Assembly: GCA_965200125.1 (NCBI GenBank)
Contig: OZ241332.1
Location: 1,668,749 to 1,732,748 of the forward strand
Length of the DNA stretch: 64,000 nucleotides
Direction of reading: 5' to 3'
From: an uncultured Candidatus Binatia bacterium
GTDB lineage: Bacteria; Desulfobacterota; Binatia; Bin18
Part shown: one piece after another, positions 44,203-52,732 of the stretch
Layout: every line of letters begins with the position of its first letter
Position numbering within the stretch: position 1 is the stretch's first letter
The notes under the pieces: generated by a model
What the model was told of the DNA's origin: nothing
Database searches by the model: none
The model's input: the letters and a program-made list of their open reading frames with translations, nothing else
Program-made: the position numbers and the translations under genes

Positions 44203-44800
44203 ATGTTGCTCCGGAAAGTATTGCCTACGCTTCGTGCCCGCTTGGACGCTCATCCCGCCGTTGCACTGGTCGAGCCGCATCAAGGTGAAAACAGGAAAAA
44301 GTTTAGGACTTTCCTACCACACGGTGAACAACTACGTGGACTATCTGGAAGGGGCCTTTCTCGTCCGCCGGCGGCCTCCCTATTCCGCGAATATTCGCAA
44401 ACGGGTCATCAAACGCCCCAAGCTCTACTGCGCGATACGGGCCTTCTCCATGCCCTGTTGAGCGTACGAGACCGGACACCTTGTTGAACCAACCCTGGGT
44501 TGGGGCGAGTTGGGAGGGATTCGTCATTGAAAAGATCTTGGCGGCGTTGCACTGTACAGACCGCCCGTTCGATGCGTATTATCTGCGCACCAGCGATCAG
44601 TGAGAAATCGATTTGTCATCCAGATGGATGCAAAGTTATGGGAACTGAAGATCAAGCTCACAGCGCGCCCGAGTTTCGACGATATGGCACGACTCGACGC
44701 AACCGCGGACCTCGCCCATGCGGATCGGCGGTTCCTCGTCTTCAATTCGGTGATTTCATCGAGAGTGATCCCTGGATCATCTGCAACATCCAAAGCCTCA
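44203..44800 (+). pseudogene. degenerate 3' remnant of an AAA+ ATPase with DUF4143 domain
   Basis: DUF4143-like pieces are spread over three frames with frameshifts and a stop (YHTVNNYVDYLEGAFLVRRRPPYSANIRKRVIKRPKLY / LRDTGLLHALL / WEGFVIEKILAAL / DAKLWELKIKLT). The N-terminal ATPase domain is absent. Confidence 0.65.
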
Positions 44801-45021
44801 TAAACTTCGTTGAGCGGAGGCATTAAATTCGAAAGTCTCGCAAATACCCATCGCACAAACATTTCGGCCTACTTACTAGGGTGTCCAACAACGCCTCATA
44901 TATCTTCTGGCGGCAAATGCCGCATAGTTATATTGGTGGCGCGTGGACTGAATCTACAGATTTGCAGGAGCGGGATTTCCTGCCTACCCCCGCACAACAG
45001 AAAGTCGATCCCCGCGTCTCT

Positions 45022-48000
45022 TTAATAGTAACGCTTAAGCCATTTTGACGAATTGGTATGTTCCTTGATATAAGATGAACCTAAATGGGATACATATTTG
45101 AGGTACGATGAATTTTCTTTAACATAAAAAGGATGGGGAAACATCAATTGAAGTTCGAATTTCTTCCTATAATATTCACGATGTACGTCAGATATAATAA
45201 CTCCGTTGTCGTAACGGGAATATATCCATTCTGATTTCCATTCTTTGTAAGATCTTAAAAACCATTTCACCGTATCGTCGTATTCGGATATCAATGATTC
45301 GAGATCCTTAGTGAATCGTCCGAAAACATCAAACATAGTTCGGGGAACGCCGAGATCGTAGCCGGAGAAATGGAAGAATATGAGAGGGTCATTGCCTGAG
45401 AACCAACAATTATTCCTTCGGGATATCGGCCTGTAAGATATATTCCATGATGCAGTGTTACAGCCTTCGTGCTTCAGCACTTTGATGCCCTCGAAAAAGA
45501 TAGGGACATGATTGAACCACTTTTGATCAGTGAACAGACCGCGGGCGTGGTCGTCTTGACAGTATCTCAATAGTCTTCTGGACCAAAAATCGATCACTTC
45601 ACGTGCTTTTTTTCCTCGCTTGAATCCGACGAAGCCCAGATTGAAAACACCATGCGCCAGAGAGGATATCTCGTTGTAATGAATTTCGGCATCTCGAATC
45701 GCTTTTTGGGTACAATGAGGAGTAAGTAATACTTCGCACTCTGCCATTTCGTCCACGAGAGCCTCGAGATCGCTATAGGCGTATGTATCCGGGTCGAAGT
45801 AGAACACATATTCATATCCTCTGTCCAACAGATATTGCGAATAAAATGGCTTGGTCGCTGTGCATAATTCCACAACATTGTGCGAGAATATCCAACTGTG
45901 GAGAGAGGGTATCCCTAGGTGGGAGATCGGAAAAACGGCGTCTATGCCCGGCCAATTTGAGGCACTGTCCGGGACGAAGTCATTCAACAATATATGGGTC
46001 TCCCAGTCCGGATTATGCCTCTTGACCGACCGTGCCCAAGAAAGCGCTTTTGGCAGATAACGTAGACTAATAGAGGTGAAAGCCGCAATCTTCGACTCGA
46101 ATTTCGGTTCGGGATCCGGCCCAGGAGACGACTCGTTCCCAAGATATTTCATCAATCGTGCAGTCTTTTCGGATTCCCGCCCCTCCCCGTCTTTCCTCTT
46201 GTCCGCGAAGGGTAGATTCGCTCGCCGAAAAGCTTTTCCCATTAAGTGGCGCGCATGATCGTCAATAAGACCCATATCCGAGATGCCATAGATTTCAAGG
46301 ATCGTGTTCCGTTGAATATTTAGATATTCTTCAGCTTCGAAGTGGGATTCGAGACGCTTTTGGTTTTCTAGTCGTGGGGGCACATGAAACACACTCGTGA
46401 CTTCTCCGACCAATAGCACGCGGCATCGAATGAGCATCTGCATCCAGAACAACCAATCCTCTAGGGCGTCGAGGTTCTCGTCCAATCTATCAGACGAGAG
46501 ACGCGATGTCCGGCGGAACAGAACTGCTTGAATTGGAAAGTAATTGCAATGGAACAACTCTCCGGGAGAAGACAGGAAAGGGAAGAATATGGTGCTTGGG
46601 CCGGTTTTGCCCAGACGCATGTCCCCTTTCTCCAACAGCGCCTCTACCTCCTTACTTGCAGCATATACAGCACCGGCCTCCGGTCGCTTCAACAAACGGG
46701 CTACAAGCAACCCACAATGATTCTCCAGGAGATAATCGTCATCGTCGAGAAATCCAATGAAATCTCCATCTGCATGATCGAGTCCGAGGTTTCCGGCTGC
46801 TGAACGGCCCATCTTCTTGCCCGTCGCAACATGCTTGAAGCGGCACCTGTCATCTCCAGCATTCAGAGCAGCTATCTTATCAGACAATTCACCAACTCCG
46901 TCTTCTGCTACAATTACTTCGATAGGACGATAGCGTTGGTTCTTGATCGATTCGAGAGCGATCCGAGTTAGCGGCCACCGTCCAGCGTAGGTACGCAAGA
47001 CAATTGTCACTAGCGGGCCGGTAGAAACCGGCTCGACGTCGATCTCGCTCTTATCGACCGGCCCATCATCATCGGGGGACGAAAGCGCCGCCGCAATCAC
47101 TCGGATATAGTTTCCCTGCTCTCGAAACGAATCTAGATCCCAATGGCCATCGGGAGGAATAGGATGCTTCGTAGAAAAGTCATCATCAAGTGGAGAAACC
47201 TGCGGTTGGTCACCCAGATCGCCTTCCGTCGCCGCAAGCGGTGGAGGCTGTAACACGCGATAGGCACGTCTGGGGGCACGTGACGACACCGCCGTGAGCA
47301 GCAGTCCTTTGATCCGCAGTTTGAATGCCGGCGAAAGCGGAGCTCGATGATATATCCATCGGGCGCTCTGACGGGCATTCGCTCGCACGCGGGTGGCCGA
47401 CGAACGTATTACTTGCATCGCATCTCGAAGAGGAGACGTGACCCTCCAACTACGGGAAGCGTACAGTTCTGCGATCCACCTACCCCGTGCCGCCACCGCA
47501 TTGTTCAACTCTCCTATCTCCTCGTCCCGTGCCGCCACCGCATTGTTCAACTCTCCTATCTCCTCGTCCCGTGCCGCCACCGCATTGTTCAACTCTCCTA
47601 TCTCCTCGTCCCGTGCCGCCACCGCATTGTTCAACTCTCCTATCTCCTCGTCCCGTGCCGCCACCGCTCGTTTACTCGTAACTAAAGCTTGGCTAAAAGC
47701 TGGCGTTGCTGCATCAAAGGCTGACTTGATCCTCTCGATATTCGTTATATCCTCCCCACCTACCTTTCCGTAACACCATTGTTCCAGAATGTTGAAGCTT
47801 GATACCACCCAACGAGAAAGTCTTGGATTAGCTGCAAGCGCGGAATCGTCGGTGGCATGGTGGCGTAATCTAAAGGTAAGAAATTTGTCGATTTCCGCTT
47901 GAACATGAACCGCGTCACTGTGTGGCCACGAAATATCAAGAGCATTTCCCAGCCTGTCCACGGTTGCTTGGGGGTTAGAAAGTAGCATTTCGTATCGCAA

Positions 48001-48540
48001 ATACACGCGCTTAATAGAACGTGAATCTGTCTCAGCATCGAGAACGTGCCGCAACCAGAGAAGATATCCGATAGAAGGATCAATGCTATCGCGCACCTCT
48101 AAAGACAGAGCGACATCAAGAGGGTTCCGGATCGGCGAGACAATAAGAGGATTCGTGCCAAAAGTCCTCACTGCATCAATCCAGAAGGGAAGTAATCGAC
48201 ATATCCTCGGATCCTTCAGAACAAATAAAGGGCTGTCGCCAAATTCATTTTTTAGAATCGTTTGAGCGCGATCGCGAAAGGGGTCGGCAATGGAAGAAAC
48301 GTACCAGCGTGGATCGAAGCTCTCCCAGTCATCCCAGGCCGACCCTGCAGATTCAAGAATCTCATCATTCAAAGCTACGATTGAATCCGACTCCCAGTGT
48401 CCGGCTTCATTAGAGGGACTGGCGCCCATCAAGGTTCTCGGTAAATCACAGCCAACCAAATGCAAGACGCGGGTGACGGCCGACGTCCCGCTCCGGTGCA
48501 TCCCGACAACCAGAATGGCCACCTTTTTCTTCTGGTCCAT
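45022..48540 (-). CDS. 1172-aa multidomain glycan-synthesis protein: N-terminal sulfotransferase, coiled-coil with tandem 14-aa repeats, GT2 domain, C-terminal second GT-A-like nucleotide-sugar transferase domain
   Basis: The sulfotransferase has PAPS-binding motifs 5'-PSB (VVGMHRSGTS) and 3'-PB (RNPLDVALS). Four repeats (ARDEEIGELNNAVA) sit in a predicted coiled coil. The GT2 domain has a DDDD DxD motif. The C-terminal domain has an FDPD motif. GC falls from about 52% in the sulfotransferase part to about 40% in the GT parts. Confidence 0.8.
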   Translation of the reverse strand: MDQKKKVAILVVGMHRSGTSAVTRVLHLVGCDLPRTLMGASPSNEAGHWESDSIVALNDEILESAGSAWDDWESFDPRWYVSSIADPFRDRAQTILKNEFGDSPLFVLKDPRICRLLPFWIDAVRTFGTNPLIVSPIRNPLDVALSLEVRDSIDPSIGYLLWLRHVLDAETDSRSIKRVYLRYEMLLSNPQATVDRLGNALDISWPHSDAVHVQAEIDKFLTFRLRHHATDDSALAANPRLSRWVVSSFNILEQWCYGKVGGEDITNIERIKSAFDAATPAFSQALVTSKRAVAARDEEIGELNNAVAARDEEIGELNNAVAARDEEIGELNNAVAARDEEIGELNNAVAARGRWIAELYASRSWRVTSPLRDAMQVIRSSATRVRANARQSARWIYHRAPLSPAFKLRIKGLLLTAVSSRAPRRAYRVLQPPPLAATEGDLGDQPQVSPLDDDFSTKHPIPPDGHWDLDSFREQGNYIRVIAAALSSPDDDGPVDKSEIDVEPVSTGPLVTIVLRTYAGRWPLTRIALESIKNQRYRPIEVIVAEDGVGELSDKIAALNAGDDRCRFKHVATGKKMGRSAAGNLGLDHADGDFIGFLDDDDYLLENHCGLLVARLLKRPEAGAVYAASKEVEALLEKGDMRLGKTGPSTIFFPFLSSPGELFHCNYFPIQAVLFRRTSRLSSDRLDENLDALEDWLFWMQMLIRCRVLLVGEVTSVFHVPPRLENQKRLESHFEAEEYLNIQRNTILEIYGISDMGLIDDHARHLMGKAFRRANLPFADKRKDGEGRESEKTARLMKYLGNESSPGPDPEPKFESKIAAFTSISLRYLPKALSWARSVKRHNPDWETHILLNDFVPDSASNWPGIDAVFPISHLGIPSLHSWIFSHNVVELCTATKPFYSQYLLDRGYEYVFYFDPDTYAYSDLEALVDEMAECEVLLTPHCTQKAIRDAEIHYNEISSLAHGVFNLGFVGFKRGKKAREVIDFWSRRLLRYCQDDHARGLFTDQKWFNHVPIFFEGIKVLKHEGCNTASWNISYRPISRRNNCWFSGNDPLIFFHFSGYDLGVPRTMFDVFGRFTKDLESLISEYDDTVKWFLRSYKEWKSEWIYSRYDNGVIISDVHREYYRKKFELQLMFPHPFYVKENSSYLKYVSHLGSSYIKEHTNSSKWLKRYY
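47486..47667. repeat. perfect 42-bp tandem repeat (4.3 copies) inside the multidomain gene
   Basis: The unit cgtgccgccaccgcattgttcaactctcctatctcctcgtcc encodes the in-frame 14-aa heptad repeat ARDEEIGELNNAVA. Copies are 100% identical. Confidence 0.9.
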
Positions 48541-48543
48541 CGT

Positions 48544-49305
48544 TCAGACTCCAACGACTCGACCGTACTCCCCCGCCACATCCTCGATCGGCCCGCTGGC
48601 CCGAACCCGCCCGGCGTCAAGCAAAATCCCCTTCGTACAGATACGACCCAAGAGGTCAAGATCGTGCGAGGCCAGCACCAGTATCCCCGCACAGTCGATG
48701 AACGCATCGAGCCGGCGTTTGGCTTTCTCGACGAACGCGGCGTCTCCGACGCTGAGCCACTCGTCCATGAGCAAGATATCTGGTTTGATGCAGGTGGATA
48801 CCGCGAACGTGAGTCGCATCAACATTCCCGTCGAGTAGGTCCGGACAGGCAGGGCCAAGTATTCCCCAAGTTCGGAGAACTCGGCAATCTCTTCCGTGCG
48901 CTGCTGTATCTCCTTCGGCGTGAGTCCGAGTAGCAACCCGCACGTCACGATGTTCTCATAGCCGGTCGTTTCATGGTCCATCCCCAGGCCGACATCGATC
49001 AGCGAAGTCACCCGCCCATGTCGCCAGACCCGCCCCTGCAGCGGCTCATACACACCCGCCAGCACGCGCAGCAGCGTCGTCTTGCCCGAACCGTTGTGAC
49101 CGAGCAGACCGACGCGGTCACCGTGCTCGATCGTTAAGCTCACGTCTTCGAGTGCCCGGACGCAGAGCACGCTTTCGGCATTATTCCCGATGCGCCCACC
49201 CGTCCCCCTGTGCAACAGGCTGGTCTTCAGCGAACGTGTCCGCGCGCTGTAGATGGGAAAGTCGACCGTGACGCCTTCGAGTCGGATGGTAGCGAAGGTG
49301 CTCAT
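48544..49305 (-). CDS. wzt: ABC transporter ATP-binding protein Wzt/TagH-like (NBD only, no C-terminal carbohydrate-binding module)
   Basis: 253 aa from MSTFATIRLEG. Walker A GHNGSGKTT. ATGA overlap with wzm. Confidence 0.85.
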   Translation of the reverse strand: MSTFATIRLEGVTVDFPIYSARTRSLKTSLLHRGTGGRIGNNAESVLCVRALEDVSLTIEHGDRVGLLGHNGSGKTTLLRVLAGVYEPLQGRVWRHGRVTSLIDVGLGMDHETTGYENIVTCGLLLGLTPKEIQQRTEEIAEFSELGEYLALPVRTYSTGMLMRLTFAVSTCIKPDILLMDEWLSVGDAAFVEKAKRRLDAFIDCAGILVLASHDLDLLGRICTKGILLDAGRVRASGPIEDVAGEYGRVVGV

Positions 49306-50078
49306 ACCCAATAGGCGAGACGTCCACGACGGCCGGTGTAGAAGATCAACATCACAATCCATCCCCCCAGCGTGACGCCGAGTGTCGCGAGCCACGTGGT
49401 CACCTCCGGCACCTGTCCGAGTAACGGCGCGCGCACCACCTCCAAAAGATAGAAGAATGGGTTCATGTCCAACACGAGCGCCCGATCGGGCAGAAGCTCG
49501 GGTTTCCATAATACCGGCGTGAGAAAAAAAGCGACCTGCACGGCGCTGGCAACCACCTGCGGCACGTCGCGGAAACGGGCAGACAGGAGACCGAGCAAGA
49601 GCCCTATCCATACGCCGTTCAGACAGAGGATCGCCAAGCCCGGAACCGTGAGCAGTCCGGCCCAACCCGGACGGACCGAAAAGAGGACGGCTACGACGAT
49701 GAAGATGACGACGTTATGGGCGAAGATGACGAAGTTGCGCCACACGGCTCGGTACACGTGAACGGATAGAGGCAGCCTGACTTGTTTGATGATGCTCTCC
49801 GCCTCAATGAAGGCCGTACAGCCGTCGGTGATCAAACCGGAGATCAAACCCCACACGACGAATCCGGCGGCAATGAATGGCAGATAATTTGCAATCTCGA
49901 CCTTGAACAAAGCTGAATACAACACTCCCAACGCACCGACCAGCACGCCCATACTGATCGTGAGCCAGAATGGTCCGAGTTTCGAACGGCGATACCGTTG
50001 GCGGATGTCCTGCCAGCCCAGCCGCCCCCAGAGATACGGTGAGCACGCGCCTTGGATGATGTCCGATAAGGCGGTCAT
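49302..50078 (-). CDS. wzm: ABC-2 type polysaccharide export permease Wzm/KpsM-like
   Basis: 258 aa from MTALSDIIQG. Six transmembrane helices of ABC-2 topology. Confidence 0.8.
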   Translation of the reverse strand: MTALSDIIQGACSPYLWGRLGWQDIRQRYRRSKLGPFWLTISMGVLVGALGVLYSALFKVEIANYLPFIAAGFVVWGLISGLITDGCTAFIEAESIIKQVRLPLSVHVYRAVWRNFVIFAHNVVIFIVVAVLFSVRPGWAGLLTVPGLAILCLNGVWIGLLLGLLSARFRDVPQVVASAVQVAFFLTPVLWKPELLPDRALVLDMNPFFYLLEVVRAPLLGQVPEVTTWLATLGVTLGGWIVMLIFYTGRRGRLAYWV

Positions 50079-50208
50079 TCGTATGCTGAATCCAGGGGGC
50101 GAGGAGAAGCGAGCGTGCTGTTCAACGTCATATCGTGCCGGGGCCGGACGTGTCCGAACCCTGCGGAACCGGATTTTCACTGGCAAGTGCCATACGGCCC
50201 CGACGCTG

Positions 50209-50649
50209 TCATCTCGAAGCGAACGGGTCACGGGTACGGAGTTCTGGAAACAGGGAGAAGTCACGGTCGCGCGTCAGCAACGCCTCCGCACCGTGCGCGA
50301 CACAGACTGCCGCAACCCGGGCATCGTGTACGACGCCTCCGATGACCCGCAGACGCTGGACGAACCCGCTCAGGATGTCGAGGAAGTCGTCGACCTCGCC
50401 CATCAGACGGTTCGACGGCGACACAGCCCAGGCGTGGAGTTGTCTCCATGCGCGTTCCGGCGTCGTTGCAGCGTCTTTCCAGATCCGGCGGTTCGTCACG
50501 ACGATCAGGAACTCGTAACAGCACGGCCACGGAATCGCCCAGGCGTGGGTGCCTTCGGCGAGTTCGCGCACGACCGCCGCGGCGGTCTCGTGCATGCTCG
50601 ACTCCCGGCGGTATGCATAGACGAGGAGGTTGGTATCGACCGCAATCAT
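50209..50649 (-). CDS. vapC: PIN-domain toxin VapC
   Basis: The sequence MIAVDTNLLVYA supplies the conserved Asp. PIN fold. ATGA overlap with the upstream antitoxin gene. Confidence 0.8.
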   Translation of the reverse strand: MIAVDTNLLVYAYRRESSMHETAAAVVRELAEGTHAWAIPWPCCYEFLIVVTNRRIWKDAATTPERAWRQLHAWAVSPSNRLMGEVDDFLDILSGFVQRLRVIGGVVHDARVAAVCVAHGAEALLTRDRDFSLFPELRTRDPFASR

Positions 50650-50894
50650 CTCGCTTCCGGCGGGCCGTAGATGATTTCTCGCAAGTCCTGCCAAGTATAT
50701 GCTTCGAGTGGGTCGTGTTTTCCCGCCCTTCCCGCGCTCCAGTCCGGCAACCGATATTTCGGGCTCGCAGGTGCGGGGGCAAGCACGAGGCGGAGTCCGT
50801 CTTCGACGACCGCGCCGAGTGGACGGCCCGTTTTTCGGGCGTGACGCTTTGCCCGCACAAGCAGGGCCTCATGGGTATCCAAGGTCGTCTTCAT
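50646..50894 (-). CDS. vapB: VapB-type antitoxin
   Basis: About 82 aa (MKTTLDTHEALLVRAKRHARKTG...), upstream of and overlapping vapC. Confidence 0.7.
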   Translation of the reverse strand: MKTTLDTHEALLVRAKRHARKTGRPLGAVVEDGLRLVLAPAPASPKYRLPDWSAGRAGKHDPLEAYTWQDLREIIYGPPEAR

Positions 50895-51073
50895 GTGTGC
50901 CAGCCTACCCATATCGAGCAATATGGCAAGACCAGGAAATTCGAGGTTGCAGGTTCGCCGCACGGGTCGAAAAACGCTCGTGCCGGCGGTTTGTACTTCC
51001 GCGGCGTTTGCGCTACAGGCGGAAGAAATCCCACCCCGCGCGAACGCAGGCAACCCAAAAGGAGGGACGCGCC

Positions 51074-52195
51074 ATGTTACTCGGGAGAATCATCGACGCG
51101 GACGGCCACGTGCTGGAGCCGCCCGACCTGTGGAAGGACAATCTGGAGGCCAAGTACAAGGACCGCGCGTTGGGTCTGTGCGACGACGAGGAAGGCTGGG
51201 AATGCCTGAAGATCGACGGGCAGATCTCGCCCGTGATTCGCGGCATGGGGATCGCGTCCGCGTTCGGCAAGCCGGGCGAGGTCGCGTTCTCCAAGGAGTT
51301 CCGCTACATGGACGGTCCCAAGGGCGCCTACGACCCGCACGAGCGCGTCAAACAACTCGACGCCGACGGCATCGACGCCGCGGTCCTGTACCCCACGATC
51401 GGCCTGCTGTGGGAGGAGGAAGTCGCCGACCCCGACCTCTCGTTGGCTTACAACCGGGTGTACAACGACTGGATCGCGGACTTCTGCAGCCACTATCCCG
51501 ACCGCCTGTACGGCGCGGCCCACATTTCGCTGATCGACCCGGAGAAAGCCGTTGCGGAGTTGAAGCGCGCTGCCAAGCTAGGGCTCAAGAGCGTCATGCT
51601 CACCCCCTTCCCCACCAACGGGAAGGCGTACGGCGATACGTCCTACGACCCGTTCTGGGCCGCGGCGCAGGACCTGAACATGCCCGTCGGCCTGCACGTG
51701 GTGGCTCGGCCGAACTTCCACGGCAGCAAGTGGTACGACCACCCGACGTTTCACGGCTCGCCGTTCTACTTTCTGTCGGTGACGCTGGGCTTCGACATCC
51801 AGGCGTCGTTCGTCAGCATGTTCGAGGGCGGCACGCTGGACCGATTTCCGCATCTCAAACTGCTCGTGCTGGAAGTGGGCGCCGGTTGGGTGCCGCATTT
51901 CATCGAACGGATGGACAGCAAGTGGGACCACAGCGGCTTCATGACGGCCTGCAAGCTGCGGCCGAGCGAGTACTTTCGGCGTCAGGTGTGGGTCGGCTGC
52001 GACCCGGACGAAAGCATGATTCCCCCGGCCGCGGCGCGCTGGGGTTCGGACAAGTTCTTCTGGTCCACCGATTTTCCGCACTTCGACGGCTTCCCGGACG
52101 CGCTCGACACTCTACAGAACGGCATCAAGGAGCTGCCGCCGCCCGACCGCCAGAACGTGCTGGGCGACAATGCGACCCGGGCCTACGGGCTGTAG
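51074..52195 (+). CDS. amidohydrolase-2 family metal-dependent hydrolase (ACMSD/o-pyrocatechuate decarboxylase-like)
   Basis: AAAAGGAGGGA ribosome-binding site. DADGHVLEPPDLW N-terminus and an HxH...D metal-ligand pattern (PF04909-like). Confidence 0.8.
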   Translation: MLLGRIIDADGHVLEPPDLWKDNLEAKYKDRALGLCDDEEGWECLKIDGQISPVIRGMGIASAFGKPGEVAFSKEFRYMDGPKGAYDPHERVKQLDADGIDAAVLYPTIGLLWEEEVADPDLSLAYNRVYNDWIADFCSHYPDRLYGAAHISLIDPEKAVAELKRAAKLGLKSVMLTPFPTNGKAYGDTSYDPFWAAAQDLNMPVGLHVVARPNFHGSKWYDHPTFHGSPFYFLSVTLGFDIQASFVSMFEGGTLDRFPHLKLLVLEVGAGWVPHFIERMDSKWDHSGFMTACKLRPSEYFRRQVWVGCDPDESMIPPAAARWGSDKFFWSTDFPHFDGFPDALDTLQNGIKELPPPDRQNVLGDNATRAYGL

Positions 52196-52230
52196 GTTCG
52201 CAGAGTCGGGGGAAAGATCGTCCGTCATTA

Positions 52231-52257
52231 CGGGCCGCCGAACGGCGGCCCGTTTTT
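52231..52257 (+). terminator. rho-independent terminator of the amidohydrolase gene
   Basis: cgggccgcc-gaac-ggcggcccg is a perfect 9-bp GC stem followed by TTTTT. Confidence 0.8.
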
Positions 52258-52410
52258 CGTGAAGCGTGACGGTCTCGACCTCCTCCGGTCGTCATTCCCG
52301 TGCAGGCGGGAATCCCGGACGTGGATACCTGCTTGTGCAGGTATGACGGAAAATTCGCCCTCGGACCGTCTTGTATAGAAGAATTCCCTCTCGACAGCAT
52401 GCGGCCTTTC

Positions 52411-52536
52411 GATCCTTGGACCATTCGACAAGCTCGGGACATCGCAGGCTCAGGACGCCGTAGGTTCAACGAACTGAGGGTTGGAGAAGGTCTCTGAATT
52501 TGCGGTGCCTTGAGCTTGTCGAATGGTCCAAGGATC
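52411..52536. repeat. MITE-like palindromic element with 26-bp perfect terminal inverted repeats
   Basis: The arm cgatccttggaccattcgacaagctc (52411-52436) matches the reverse complement of 52511-52536, around a loop of about 70 bp. The core 16-mer CCTTGAGCNTGTCGAA recurs at 52593-52612 (reverse complement), 52650-52665 and 30563-30578. Confidence 0.7.
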
Positions 52537-52589
52537 GAAATGAACCCCAAGGAGATTACCGCTCTCGCACGCTGCCCCCGCCCTCGGCC

Positions 52590-52680
52590 TTTCGACAGGC
52601 TCAAGGACCTTCCCCGCTTCCCCCCTCAGTTCGTTGACCCTGCGTCGCCTTGAGCGTGTCGAAGGGGTAAAAGGTCCCCT
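52590..52680. repeat. second, inverted and partly degraded copy of the same palindromic element
   Basis: Arms cctttcgacaggctcaagg and ccttgagcgtgtcgaagg. The loop shares cctcagttcgttgacc (inverse) with the loop of the first copy. Confidence 0.55.
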
Positions 52681-52732
52681 ACCCGCGCACCAGCTTTTGC
52701 AGGCTGATGCGGAACGGCTCGACGTAGCCGGC

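Noticed and set aside
44524-44862. 112-aa minus-strand ORF
   Set aside because: It overlaps the degenerate DUF4143 remnant on the opposite strand, has weak codon bias and no motif. It was kept only as a possible gene fragment.
47486-47667. Possible CRISPR array
   Set aside because: The repeats are contiguous with no spacers and lie in frame inside a coding gene. It is a coding minisatellite, not CRISPR.
50893-52269. 458-aa plus-strand ORF in an alternative frame over the amidohydrolase
   Set aside because: It is Arg/Gly-rich out-of-frame noise. The frame starting at 51074 has a ribosome-binding site and PF04909-like motifs.
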